The notes beneath the pieces are model-generated. The model was not told where the DNA came from. It made no database searches and saw only the letters and a list, made by a program, of their open reading frames with translations. A stretch of DNA of 64,000 nucleotides from assembly GCA_045567235.1 (NCBI GenBank), contig JBJLDI010000047.1, positions 307 through 64,306 on the forward strand, written 5' to 3'. Origin of the DNA: Candidatus Pelagibacter sp. (GTDB taxonomy: Bacteria > Pseudomonadota > Alphaproteobacteria > Pelagibacterales > Pelagibacteraceae). Each line of letters starts with the position of its first letter. The first letter of the stretch is position 1. Below are positions 1 through 10,198 of this stretch, in pieces. Both the position numbers and the translations under genes were made by a program.

Positions 1-716
1 AAGGTTTGCCTGAATTAGCAAAAGCAGCAAAAGAAAATGGTGTAGCAGTTCTAGCAATAAATAATTCTCATCACATGGCAGCGATGTGGCCTGAAACAGA
101 AAAATTAGCAGAAGAGGGGTTAGTTGCTTTCGCTTGTACATCTTACAAGCCTGCAGTAGCTCCTGCTGGAGCAATCAAACCATTATTTGGAACAAATCCA
201 ATTTCATTTGCATGGCCAAGGCCAGGCAAAACTCCAGTTGTTTATGATATGGCTACTGCATCAATGGCAATGGGAGAAGTTCAAGTTGCCAAAAGAGAAG
301 GGCATAAAGTTCCTCTAGGAACTGGTTTAACAAAAGATGGTAAAGAGACAACTGACCCAGGTGCAATAGCAGATGGTGGAGTATTACTTCCTTTTGGTGG
401 CTACAAAGGTTCTGCAATAGCAATGATGGTAGAGTTAATGGCTGGTGCATTAGTGGGTGATAATTTTAGTTTTGAGACAGCTGCTAAAGATAATAACGAT
501 GGTGGACCACCAAGTGGAGGAGAATTTATTTTAGCTATATCACCAGATAAAACTGCAGGAACTAACTGGCAAAAACACGCAGATAAATTTTTTGATAAAA
601 TGAAATCGATGGGTGAAGTAAGATTGCCTGGTGAAAGAAGACATAAAAATAGACTAGATAAAGGTCCTCGTAATATAAACGAGGAATTAGTTAATAAAAT
701 AAAATCGTTAAGCTAA
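1..716 (+). CDS. Ldh_2 (malate/L-lactate/L-sulfolactate dehydrogenase) family oxidoreductase, 5' end outside window
   Basis: NNSHH, FGTNPISF, DMATAS and PFGGYKGS motifs of the Ldh_2/AllD/ComC/DpkA family; frame open at window edge; substrate not resolvable. Confidence 0.85.
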   Translation, partial: GLPELAKAAKENGVAVLAINNSHHMAAMWPETEKLAEEGLVAFACTSYKPAVAPAGAIKPLFGTNPISFAWPRPGKTPVVYDMATASMAMGEVQVAKREGHKVPLGTGLTKDGKETTDPGAIADGGVLLPFGGYKGSAIAMMVELMAGALVGDNFSFETAAKDNNDGGPPSGGEFILAISPDKTAGTNWQKHADKFFDKMKSMGEVRLPGERRHKNRLDKGPRNINEELVNKIKSLS

Positions 717-1484
717 TTTAATTTCAATTGGAGTGTGGTCAGAGGGTTTTTCTCTTCCTCTAGGATCTTTATTAATATTTATAGACTTAATTTGATCAAT
801 TAAAGAGTTTGAAGCTAGAAAATGATCTATTCTCATTCCATTATTTTTTTGCCAAGCTCCTCTCATATAATCCCAATAGGTATAACCTTCTTTAGTTTCA
901 TTAAAATGTCTGTAAACATCACCAAATCCTAAATTTAGCATTTCTCTAAATTTTTTTCTTATCTCTAGTCTATATAGAGCATCATCTTCAAAACTTTTTA
1001 CATTATAAACATCTTCAGCAGCTGGTATTACGTTAAAATCACCTGCAATAATTATATTAGAATTTTTTTTAGATAATGTTTTTAGTTGCTTGATTAATTG
1101 ATCCATCCAATCTTTTTTATAATCATATTTTTCAGTATCAACTGGATTGCCATTTGGGGTATATACATTTATTAATTGAATAATTTTTTTCTTATACTCA
1201 ACCTCAGCAGAAATAATTCTTGATTGCTTTAATTTATCTTTAATTAAATCTGTTCTAATATTTTTTAGTTTACCTTTAGATATAATTGCAACTCCATTAT
1301 AACTTTTTTGACCAAAAACATGACTTTCATAATCCATTGAAGAAAAATCATCATAAGGAAAATTTACATCCTCAGTTTTAATTTCCTGCATCATTAAAAT
1401 ATCTGGCTTGTACTTTAAAAGATAACTTTTAATATTTTCAATTCGAGCACGTACTGAATTTACATTCCATGATGAAATGAGCAT
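708..1484 (-). CDS. xth: Exodeoxyribonuclease III (AP endonuclease)
   Basis: SWNVNSVRAR, QEIK, GDFN, RIDH and SDHTP motifs; likely start ATG 1484 overlapping the upstream stop. Confidence 0.95.
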   Translation of the reverse strand: MLISSWNVNSVRARIENIKSYLLKYKPDILMMQEIKTEDVNFPYDDFSSMDYESHVFGQKSYNGVAIISKGKLKNIRTDLIKDKLKQSRIISAEVEYKKKIIQLINVYTPNGNPVDTEKYDYKKDWMDQLIKQLKTLSKKNSNIIIAGDFNVIPAAEDVYNVKSFEDDALYRLEIRKKFREMLNLGFGDVYRHFNETKEGYTYWDYMRGAWQKNNGMRIDHFLASNSLIDQIKSININKDPRGREKPSDHTPIEIKLA

Positions 1485-1801
1485 TAAAGAGAAAAGGAAA
1501 CACCACAACCACAAGAAGATTTTGTTTGTGGATTAGTAATTTTAAATTGTTCACCTATTAATTCTGAAACATAGTCAATTTCTGAACCTTTTAAGAGATC
1601 AGCTGAGGCTTTATCAATTAATATATTTTCAAAGTTTAGATCATCTTTGTCCATTGATTGATCAAATGTAAATTCATATTGAAAGCCAGAACACCCACCA
1701 CCTTTAATAGCGATTCTAAAAAAAGAACCCTTATCTTTTTTAGACAATAGGGTATTGATCTGTTTTAAAGCTTTATCAGTAAATTTAATTTCTTTTATCA
1801 T
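1484..1801 (-). CDS. erpA: A-type iron-sulfur carrier (ErpA/IscA/HesB family)
   Basis: GGGCSGFQY and C-terminal SCGCGVSF. Confidence 0.88.
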   Translation of the reverse strand: MIKEIKFTDKALKQINTLLSKKDKGSFFRIAIKGGGCSGFQYEFTFDQSMDKDDLNFENILIDKASADLLKGSEIDYVSELIGEQFKITNPQTKSSCGCGVSFSL

Positions 1802-1851
1802 TATTGATCACTGGTATTACTAATATAATACTTAATATTTTATTTTAAAGG

Positions 1852-2967
1852 ATGAAAAAATACTCAAAGATTGGACTATTTAAAAGTAAAGGTAGGATTT
1901 TTAAAGAATCTTTATCTAAATATAGAACTCCATTTCAAAGAGACAGAGATCGTATAATTCACAGCGCCTCATTCAGGAGGCTCAAACACAAAACCCAAGT
2001 ATTTGTTAATACCGAAGGTGATCATTATAGAACAAGAATTACTCATTCCATGGAAGTTGCTCAAATTGCAAGATCCATTGCTAGATATCTTAATCTTAAT
2101 GAAGATTTAGCAGAAACTTTGAGTTTGGCGCATGATTTAGGCCATACCCCATTTGGACATGCCGGGGAAGATTCTTTAGACGAATGTATGCAAGATCATG
2201 GAGGGTTCGATCATAACTTACAAACTTTAAGAATCATTATGTTCTTAGAAAATAAATATCTAAAATTTAATGGTTTAAATCTTTCTATTGAAACTTTAGA
2301 AGGACTATTAAAACATAATGGACCAGTAGATAACCTTAATTTAGTTGATGATTTAATAGGTATTAAAAATTTTAAAGGTATGATTAATTTTAATACGTAT
2401 CCATCAATAGAAGCACAAATTTCAGCAATTTCTGATGATATAGCTTATAATAATCATGATATTCAAGATGGAATAAATGCAAACTTATTTAAATTAGAAG
2501 AATTGGTTGAAATTGATTTTTTCAGAGATATCTACAAAAAATATAAAAAAAAAATCAATAAACAAAATTATAAAGTGGCAACTTATCAGATTATAAGAGA
2601 CTCTATAGACCAAATGATAAAAGATTTAATAAATAATACAAAAAATAATTTAAGATTTAACAATATCAAAACATTTAAAGACATTAATAAAACAAGTTTT
2701 CTAATGGTCAATTTTTCTGATAAAATTAAGAATTCTGAAAATGAAATAAGAAATTTTTTAAGGTCAAAAATGTATAATAATAAAAATGTTTTAGCAAAAA
2801 ACAATAAAGGTAAATTGATTATAAAAAAATTATTTAATAAGATAAAACAGAATCCAAAAAAATTTATATCAAATCAACAACTATCTAAAGGTAAATATAG
2901 AGCAATTTCAGACTTTATATCAGGCATGACAGATAGATATGCAATTAATCTTTTTAATAAAAACTAA
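1852..2967 (+). CDS. dgt: dGTP triphosphohydrolase-like protein
   Basis: RTPFQRDRDRIIHS, RTRITHS, HDLGHTPFGHAGE HD-domain motifs; upstream of argS. Confidence 0.93.
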   Translation: MKKYSKIGLFKSKGRIFKESLSKYRTPFQRDRDRIIHSASFRRLKHKTQVFVNTEGDHYRTRITHSMEVAQIARSIARYLNLNEDLAETLSLAHDLGHTPFGHAGEDSLDECMQDHGGFDHNLQTLRIIMFLENKYLKFNGLNLSIETLEGLLKHNGPVDNLNLVDDLIGIKNFKGMINFNTYPSIEAQISAISDDIAYNNHDIQDGINANLFKLEELVEIDFFRDIYKKYKKKINKQNYKVATYQIIRDSIDQMIKDLINNTKNNLRFNNIKTFKDINKTSFLMVNFSDKIKNSENEIRNFLRSKMYNNKNVLAKNNKGKLIIKKLFNKIKQNPKKFISNQQLSKGKYRAISDFISGMTDRYAINLFNKN

Positions 2968-4700
2968 TGAACATTTTTGATAAATATTTAGATAAAATTA
3001 AAAAAATATTATTAGATTTATCTAAAAATGGTGATTTAATTTTGCCAGATAAATTAGATGGAATTACCACCGAAATACCTCCTGTAAAATTTAATAGCGA
3101 TATTTCAACAAATGTTGCAATGGTTTTATCAAAAGCAAATAACAAAACCCCAACAGATTTAGCTGTTACTTTAGCCAAAGCAATTAAAGAAAGTGATAAT
3201 TTGATCGATGATATATCAATAGTTAAACCAGGTTTTATTAATATAAAATTTAAAGTAATTTTTTGGACAAATTTTATAGAAGAAATAATTAAGAATTCTA
3301 AAACTTTTGGAGTTAATACAAAAGAAAAAAAAAATAATTATTTAGTTGAATTCGTTTCAGCTAATCCAACAGGACCTTTGCACGTAGGTCACTGTAGAGG
3401 TGCAATTCTAGGTGATGTTATAACTAACGTTTTATTATTTAATAAACATAAAGTTACAAAAGAATATTATGTTAATGATTATGGTAATCAAATTATAAAT
3501 TTTACGAGGTCTGTTTATTTTAGAATTAGAGAGATTGTTTATAAAGAACCTTTTCCTAAAGATAATGATGATTTATATCCTGGTGATTATTTAATAGATT
3601 TTGCTCAAAATATAATAGGTTCAAATAAAAAAATTGATTTTAATGATTATGAAAAAATATCTGAAGAATTGACATCTTTATCTATAGAAGAAGCACTAAA
3701 GTTAATCAAAAGTAACCTTAATATTTTAGGAATTAATCATGATAATTTTATAAGTGAAAAAAAATTAGTTAAAAATAAAGAGGTAGAAAAAGTTATCGAT
3801 TATCTTCAAAAAAAAGAGTTTGTTTATAAAGGAACAATCAAAGCACCTGAAGGTGAAGACAATGAAAAGTGGGTAGAAAGAGAACAATTACTTTTTAAAT
3901 CAACAGATTTTGGTGATGATAAAGATAGAGCTCTACAAAAATCTGACGGTGCATGGACTTACTTTGCTAGTGATGTTGCTTATCATAAGAATAAGTTAGA
4001 TAGAAAATTCGATTATTTAATTAATATATTAGGAGCTGATCATGCAGGTTATATTAAAAGGATTTCTTCTTCAGTAGATGCTTTGTCAGGAAAAAAAAAT
4101 AAATTAATTTGTAAAGTAAGTCAGCTTGTTAAACTTATTAAAGAAAAAAAACCTTTTAAAATGTCTAAAAGAAAAGGAGACTATATTACTGTTGATGATC
4201 TTATCAAAGAAGTTGGTAAGGATGCTACTAGATTTATAATGCTTAATAGAAGTAGCGATGTTGAATTAGATTTTGATTTTGACTCTGTTAAAGAAAAATC
4301 TAAAGATAATCCACTTTATTACGTTCAATATTGTTATGCGAGAATTTCTTCAGTATTTAGACATCTCAATAAAGATTTAAATTTAGATATTAAACTAGAT
4401 AATTATAAATTTGAATATTCAAATGATGAAATTAAAATTTTAAAGAAAATTTCAGAATGGCCAAAATGCATTGATAGTGCAAGTAGTAAACTTGAACCTC
4501 ATCGTATTCCAGTTTATCTGTATGAATTAGCCTCAGAATTTCACTCATATTGGAATTTAGGAAAACAACAACCCGAAAAAAGATTTATTAATGATCAAAA
4601 AAGTATTTCACCAGATAAACTAATTTTTTTAAAAGCAATCTCTAATGTTATTAAATCTGGAATGGATATTGTTGGAGTTGAAACACCAGATAAGATGTAA
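2967..4700 (+). CDS. argS: Arginine--tRNA ligase
   Basis: EFVSANPTGPLHVGH, GADH, KMSKR, YVQYCYAR. Confidence 0.97.
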   Translation: MNIFDKYLDKIKKILLDLSKNGDLILPDKLDGITTEIPPVKFNSDISTNVAMVLSKANNKTPTDLAVTLAKAIKESDNLIDDISIVKPGFINIKFKVIFWTNFIEEIIKNSKTFGVNTKEKKNNYLVEFVSANPTGPLHVGHCRGAILGDVITNVLLFNKHKVTKEYYVNDYGNQIINFTRSVYFRIREIVYKEPFPKDNDDLYPGDYLIDFAQNIIGSNKKIDFNDYEKISEELTSLSIEEALKLIKSNLNILGINHDNFISEKKLVKNKEVEKVIDYLQKKEFVYKGTIKAPEGEDNEKWVEREQLLFKSTDFGDDKDRALQKSDGAWTYFASDVAYHKNKLDRKFDYLINILGADHAGYIKRISSSVDALSGKKNKLICKVSQLVKLIKEKKPFKMSKRKGDYITVDDLIKEVGKDATRFIMLNRSSDVELDFDFDSVKEKSKDNPLYYVQYCYARISSVFRHLNKDLNLDIKLDNYKFEYSNDEIKILKKISEWPKCIDSASSKLEPHRIPVYLYELASEFHSYWNLGKQQPEKRFINDQKSISPDKLIFLKAISNVIKSGMDIVGVETPDKM

Positions 4701-4963
4701 TGATCAGGGAGGTTAAATATTTAATATTTGTAATTATAATCATTCTTTTTATTTTTTTTGTAAGTAAATATTATTTTTCTGACTCTCATAAAAAAAAATC
4801 TTACAGATCTCTTTCGAATATTGATAAGAAAATAAAATTATATTCTAAAAATTTACCAGTTTTAACAAGTGATACAAAAAATATTATTGAATATGTAAAT
4901 AATGATAAAACTAAGAAAAAGAAAAAATATCTTTTTTGGGAACTTATAAATAAAAATGATTAA
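4700..4963 (+). CDS. Small single-pass membrane protein in the position usually held by ftsN
   Basis: 87 aa with N-terminal hydrophobic helix; overlaps argS stop and nagZ start. Confidence 0.65.
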   Translation: MIREVKYLIFVIIIILFIFFVSKYYFSDSHKKKSYRSLSNIDKKIKLYSKNLPVLTSDTKNIIEYVNNDKTKKKKKYLFWELINKND

Positions 4964-5903
4964 TCGAAAATCTTTTATAACAGGAATTAAAGGTGTTAAA
5001 CTTAGCAAACAAGAAATTAAATTTCTTAATCGACATAAACCTTGGGGTATAATTCTATTTTCTAGAAACCTTAAAAATATTAATCAAATAAAAGATTTAA
5101 CAAAACATATTAGAAAAATTTTTAGAGATAAAAGATATCCAATTATGATTGATCAAGAAGGCGGCAGGGTTAATCGATTAGAAAAATTTATTTCACTAGA
5201 TAGTCTTACTTCAGAATATTTTGGTCAATTGTTCATTAAAAATAAACAACAATTCAATCTTATTTATAAATTATATATTGATCAAATTAGTAATCTTCTT
5301 ATTAGAATGGGTATAAACATCAACACAGTCCCTGTATTAGATTTAAGGTACAAAGGAAGTTCAAATATAATCGGGGATCGCTCTTATTCGAAAAATCCAA
5401 AAATAGTCTCTCAAATTGGCGATATATGTATTAAAAGTTTCAAAAATAATTCAATTGGGACTGTTATAAAACACATTCCTGGACATGGTTTAGCAAAGGT
5501 AGATAGTCATAATTTTACTCCAATAATTAATAAATCTAAAAATTATTTAAATAAAAGAGATTTTAAAATATTTAAATCAAAAAACTCACTATTTGCAATG
5601 ACCGCCCATGTTATTTTTAAAAAAATTGATCCTAATAATACCGTTACGCACTCAAAAAAAATTATAAAAATTATTAGAAATCACATTAAATTTAAAAACA
5701 TATTGATTTCAGATGATCTTTCTATGAAAAGTTTAAAGTATCCACTAAAGCAAAATATCATCAAAGCTTTTGATGCAGGTTGCAATTTAGCATTGCATTG
5801 TAATGGAAACTTAAAAGAAATGAGTATTGTCGCTGAGAATTCACCTAAACTAAACTCATTTATATTAAAAAAAACATCAGAATTTTATAAAAATTTAAGC
5901 TAA
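4956..5903 (+). CDS. nagZ: Beta-N-acetylhexosaminidase (GH3)
   Basis: GIILFSRN, IDQEGGRVNR, KHIPGHG...DSH, SDDLSM. Confidence 0.95.
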   Translation: MINRKSFITGIKGVKLSKQEIKFLNRHKPWGIILFSRNLKNINQIKDLTKHIRKIFRDKRYPIMIDQEGGRVNRLEKFISLDSLTSEYFGQLFIKNKQQFNLIYKLYIDQISNLLIRMGININTVPVLDLRYKGSSNIIGDRSYSKNPKIVSQIGDICIKSFKNNSIGTVIKHIPGHGLAKVDSHNFTPIINKSKNYLNKRDFKIFKSKNSLFAMTAHVIFKKIDPNNTVTHSKKIIKIIRNHIKFKNILISDDLSMKSLKYPLKQNIIKAFDAGCNLALHCNGNLKEMSIVAENSPKLNSFILKKTSEFYKNLS

Positions 5904-5912
5904 TATTATTAG

Positions 5913-6654
5913 ATGATCGAATCTAACTCTTCTTTATTTAATGTGGATGTCGATAACTATAATGGTTCCCTCGATGTACTTTTGGATTTAGCCAAAGCCC
6001 AAAAGGTTAATCTTGAAGAAATTTCAATAACTAAATTGGCAGATCAATTTCATGATTATATTTCAAATAAAAAAGATCTAAACCTTGAAATTGCTTCTGA
6101 ATATCTTTTAATGGCTACATGGTTAGCTTATTTAAAATCTAAATTATTATTACCAGGTACTCCCGATGAAGAATTTAAAGTACAAGAAGTAGCAGAAAAA
6201 CTTAAACTTCAATTAAAAAAATTAGAATTAATTCGTTTATTATCTGACCAAATGCTTAAAAGAAAAAGACTTGGACGTGAAATTAGAACTAGAGGCATGA
6301 AAGGTAATATAAGGTCAATATATAGTGGTGAGTATAAAATAAATTTGTTTGAACTACTTAAATCTTATTCAACAATTATTATGACAAAAGATTTTCAAAA
6401 AATAAATATTCCCAAGTTGCCAGTTTTTACTACAGAAGATGGAATTAAAACTATAAAAGACTTTTTTGGAAAATTAATGAATTGGAAAAATTTAGATGAA
6501 TTGATACCTTATAATTTTAAAAAAGGAAAAAAATACAGAAAAAACTGGTAAGGCTGGAATTTTTGCTGGTTCTTTAGAACTTGCTAAAGAAGGTAATCTT
6601 AAAATAAAACAAGATAAACTATTTGATGATATCTATATAAAAGAAAATTTATGA
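5913..6654 (+). CDS. scpA: Segregation and condensation protein A (frameshift near 6540)
   Basis: GSLDVLLDL, EYLLMATWLAYLKSKLLLP; C-terminus TGKAGIFAGSLELAKEG... continues in another frame to TGA 6652-6654. Confidence 0.9.
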
Positions 6655-7352
6655 ATAAAAAAAAAGTAGCAAAAAATGATAATGTAGTTAATTTCCCTTC
6701 CAAATTGACATCTATAGAAAAAGAAATAGAAGCAATAATTTTTGCAGCAGCAGAACCTTTAGATGTTGATACTATAGAGAGCAAACTTTCAAAAAAAGTT
6801 AATATTGAAAAATCCTTAGAAAAATTACAAAGAGAATATTCAAATCGGGGAATAAATCTAATTTGTATTTCTAAAAAATGGTCTTTTAGAACATCTCCAA
6901 ATTTATCAAATTTGATGACTCAAGAAAAAACAGTTGAAAAAAAATTATCTAAGGCTGCTATAGAAACTTTATCAATTATAGTTTATCACCAACCTGTTAC
7001 AAGGGCTGAAATAGAAGAAATAAGGGGTGTTGCTTTTGGAACAAACACACTAGATATTTTGATGGAACTTAATTGGGTAAAACCAGGTGGGCGAAAAGAT
7101 ATTCCAGGAAAACCTATTCAGTATGTAACCACAGAGGATTTTTTAAGCCATTTTAACTTACAAAAATTATCTGATTTACCGACTGTTGATGAGCTTGGCG
7201 CAGCAGGTTTAATCGATACTACTAGTGTAGATAATGCTATATTTGGTTCTGGAAAATTCTATAAAGAAAAGCAAGATGAAAAAAAAGAGGATATTTATTC
7301 AAATATTGACGAAATGTTAAATAGCACTCTTAAAAATAAAGATAATAAATAA
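6651..7352 (+). CDS. scpB: Segregation and condensation protein B
   Basis: [44 protein letters not shown]. Confidence 0.95.
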   Translation: MNKKKVAKNDNVVNFPSKLTSIEKEIEAIIFAAAEPLDVDTIESKLSKKVNIEKSLEKLQREYSNRGINLICISKKWSFRTSPNLSNLMTQEKTVEKKLSKAAIETLSIIVYHQPVTRAEIEEIRGVAFGTNTLDILMELNWVKPGGRKDIPGKPIQYVTTEDFLSHFNLQKLSDLPTVDELGAAGLIDTTSVDNAIFGSGKFYKEKQDEKKEDIYSNIDEMLNSTLKNKDNK

Positions 7353-7396
7353 AAAGTCACTTTCAAAATTTTTATAAACAGGTTATAAAGATTCAT

Positions 7397-7597
7397 ATGA
7401 GTATAGGAATTTGGCAAATTGCAGTTGTAGTAATTTTAGTGGTTTTACTTTTTGGAAGAGGTAAAATATCTAGCTTAATGGGTGATGTTGCTAAAGGAAT
7501 AAAAAGTTTTAAAAAAGGTATGGCATCTGATGTAACAGATGACTCAGATCCTAAAAATATTTCCGAAAATAAACAAGATTCAGAAAATAAAGATTAA
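7397..7597 (+). CDS. tatA: Tat translocase subunit TatA
   Basis: Hydrophobic helix, LLFG hinge, GIKSFKKG. Confidence 0.95.
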   Translation: MSIGIWQIAVVVILVVLLFGRGKISSLMGDVAKGIKSFKKGMASDVTDDSDPKNISENKQDSENKD

Positions 7598-7602
7598 ATC
7601 AC

Positions 7603-7824
7603 ATGCCTACTATTGGTTGGTTTGAGATTTTAATTGTTGCTGCTATAGCAATAATTGTTTTAGGTCCAAAGGATTTTCCTGTCATGTTAAAAAAAGTTGG
7701 TTCCTGGGTGGGGACTACTAAAAAATATATAAATAATATTCAAAATGAAGTTTCTAACATTGATTTAGAAGATAATAATATTCAAAAAAAAGAAGATACA
7801 AAAAAAGAAGATAAAGATGCCTAA
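7603..7824 (+). CDS. tatB: Tat translocase subunit TatB (short)
   Basis: GWFEIL...IVLGPKDFP; lies between tatA and tatC. Confidence 0.9.
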   Translation: MPTIGWFEILIVAAIAIIVLGPKDFPVMLKKVGSWVGTTKKYINNIQNEVSNIDLEDNNIQKKEDTKKEDKDA

Positions 7825-8587
7825 TGAAGATCAAGAAAGCGGATTTATAAGCCATTTAGCTGAACTTAGAAAAAGATTGATTCATAGTTTCATTTTTTTA
7901 ATAGTTTTTTTTCTATTTTGTTATTTATTTGCTGAACATCTCTACGGCTTTTTAGTCGATCCATTTGCCCAAGCTGTAAAAGATGACGGGACAGATAGAA
8001 GACTTATATTTACAGCATTACAAGAAACTTTTCTTACATATCTAAAGGTATCATTTTTTGCAGCCTTTTTTATAACATGTCCTTTTATTCTAATACAAAT
8101 TTGGAAATTCATTGCACCTGGACTTTATAAACATGAAAAAACAGCAATTCTTCCATATTTGATATTAACACCAATATTATTTTTTTTAGGGGGCATGCTT
8201 GTTTATTATCTGATTATGCCGTTAGCTATTAAGTTTTTTTTATCATTTGAAAGCTCAGGTTTATCAACAAATTTGCCCATTCAATTAGAGGCCAAAGTAA
8301 ATGAATATCTTTCTTTAGTAATGAAATTGATATTTGCATTTGGTATCAGTTTTCAATTACCTGTTGTTTTAAGTTTATTAGCTAGAGTTGGAGTAGTTGA
8401 TTCTGAATTCTTAAAAACTAGAAGAAAATATGTAGTTGTTATAATTTTTGCAGCAGCAGCCTTATTAACACCACCAGACCCTATTACTCAAATTGGTTTA
8501 GCAATACCATTATTAATTCTATATGAATTATCTATTTTTTCTGTAAAATTTATAGAAAATAAGAATTTAGAAAAAAACGATGCATAA
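7817..8587 (+). CDS. tatC: Tat translocase subunit TatC
   Basis: [28 protein letters not shown]. Confidence 0.97.
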   Translation: MPNEDQESGFISHLAELRKRLIHSFIFLIVFFLFCYLFAEHLYGFLVDPFAQAVKDDGTDRRLIFTALQETFLTYLKVSFFAAFFITCPFILIQIWKFIAPGLYKHEKTAILPYLILTPILFFLGGMLVYYLIMPLAIKFFLSFESSGLSTNLPIQLEAKVNEYLSLVMKLIFAFGISFQLPVVLSLLARVGVVDSEFLKTRRKYVVVIIFAAAALLTPPDPITQIGLAIPLLILYELSIFSVKFIENKNLEKNDA

Positions 8588-9839
8588 TCTAAAAGAAATA
8601 AGAAAAGATTTTGAAAGTTTTAAAAAAAAATTATTAAATCGTAATATAAATGTTGATTTTGAAAATTTAAAAAAATTAGATGAAAAAAATAGAGAACTTA
8701 TTCAAAAAAAAGAAGGTTTTGAAAAAGAAAAAAAAGATATATCAAAATTAAAAGATAAAAGCTTATTCAATAAATCAAAAGAAATTTCAAATGAACTAGA
8801 CCAAATTTCTGAAGAACAAAAAATTGTTAAAAATCAATTAGACAAAATCCTATCAAATATTCCAAATGTGCCAGACAAAGATGTACCTAATGGAAAAGAT
8901 GAAAATGATAATATTGAAATAGCTAAATTTGGTAAGATTTTAAAATTCGATTTTAAACCAAAAACTCATTATGAATTGGGTGAAAAACTTGGAATGTTAG
9001 ATTTTGATCTGGCAACAAAAACAACAGGCTCAAGGTTTGTTTTTGTTAAAGACAAATTAGCCTTATTAGAAAGAGCTTTATCAAATTTTATGCTTGATAG
9101 ACATATTATGAATAATGAATATAAAGAAATTTCACCACCATTAATGGCATCTGAAAACTCTATGTTTGGAACAGGTCAATTACCAAAGTTTGAAAATGAT
9201 CAGTTTGAAATTAAATTAGAAAAGGGGTCAGATAGAAAATTTTTAATTCCAACTGCTGAAGTTATTTTAACCAATATAGTCAAAGACCAAATTTTAGATT
9301 TAAAAGATTTACCTTTAAGATTTGTTGCTTCCACTCCTTGTTTTAGAAAAGAAGCTGGTAGTTATGGCAAGGATACAAAGGGTATGATCCGTCAACATCA
9401 ATTTTATAAAGTAGAAATGGTAAGCATTGTTGAGAAAGAAAAATGTTCTGAAGAATTAGAAAGAATGACAAAATGTGCAACAGGAATTTTAGATGATTTA
9501 GGCTTACCCTACCGAAAAATGATTTTATGTGCAGGTGATATGGGTTTTAGTGCTGAAAAAACATATGACATTGAAGTTTGGATTCCTTCAGAAAATAAAT
9601 ATAGAGAGATTTCGTCATGTTCTTCTTGCTCTACTTTCCAAGCTATTAGAATGAAGGCTAGATACAAAAATCAAAATAAAGAAACAGTTTATGTTGGTAC
9701 CCTAAATGGAAGTGGCTTAGCCGTTGGTAGAACTTTGATAGCAGTTATGGAAAACTATCAACAAAAAGATGGCTCAATAGTTATTCCGGAAAAACTAAGA
9801 CCTTACATGAATAATTTGGAAAAAATTTCTTCCAATTAA
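8580..9839 (+). CDS. serS: Serine--tRNA ligase
   Basis: [37 protein letters not shown]. Confidence 0.97.
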   Translation: MHNLKEIRKDFESFKKKLLNRNINVDFENLKKLDEKNRELIQKKEGFEKEKKDISKLKDKSLFNKSKEISNELDQISEEQKIVKNQLDKILSNIPNVPDKDVPNGKDENDNIEIAKFGKILKFDFKPKTHYELGEKLGMLDFDLATKTTGSRFVFVKDKLALLERALSNFMLDRHIMNNEYKEISPPLMASENSMFGTGQLPKFENDQFEIKLEKGSDRKFLIPTAEVILTNIVKDQILDLKDLPLRFVASTPCFRKEAGSYGKDTKGMIRQHQFYKVEMVSIVEKEKCSEELERMTKCATGILDDLGLPYRKMILCAGDMGFSAEKTYDIEVWIPSENKYREISSCSSCSTFQAIRMKARYKNQNKETVYVGTLNGSGLAVGRTLIAVMENYQQKDGSIVIPEKLRPYMNNLEKISSN

Positions 9840-9892
9840 AGTTGTTTTAATTTCTCAATTGGTATAAAAAATCAGCTTAATAAAGGAGTTTT

Positions 9893-10183
9893 ATGGAAGG
9901 TTCAGGAATAGGTCAGTTTATACCTTTAATTTTAATATTTGTTATTTTTTATTTTTTTCTAATAAGACCTCAACAAAAAAAAGTTAAAGAACACAAGGCA
10001 ATGGTTGAAGGACTTAAAAGAGGAGATAAAGTTGTAACTTCAGGCGGTATTACAGGAACTATCACTAGAGTCATTGATAATGACAAAGTTGAGGTAGAAA
10101 TTGCTGAGAATGTTACTGTTGAAGTTGTTAGAGGTACAGGTATTCAAAGTCTTGCAAACAATACTCAAGAAATTAAAAAATAA
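9893..10183 (+). CDS. yajC: Preprotein translocase subunit YajC
   Basis: YFFLIRPQQKK, GDKVVTSGG; AAGGAG Shine-Dalgarno upstream. Confidence 0.96.
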   Translation: MEGSGIGQFIPLILIFVIFYFFLIRPQQKKVKEHKAMVEGLKRGDKVVTSGGITGTITRVIDNDKVEVEIAENVTVEVVRGTGIQSLANNTQEIKK

Positions 10184-10198
10184 TCAGTTTTTTTAAAA

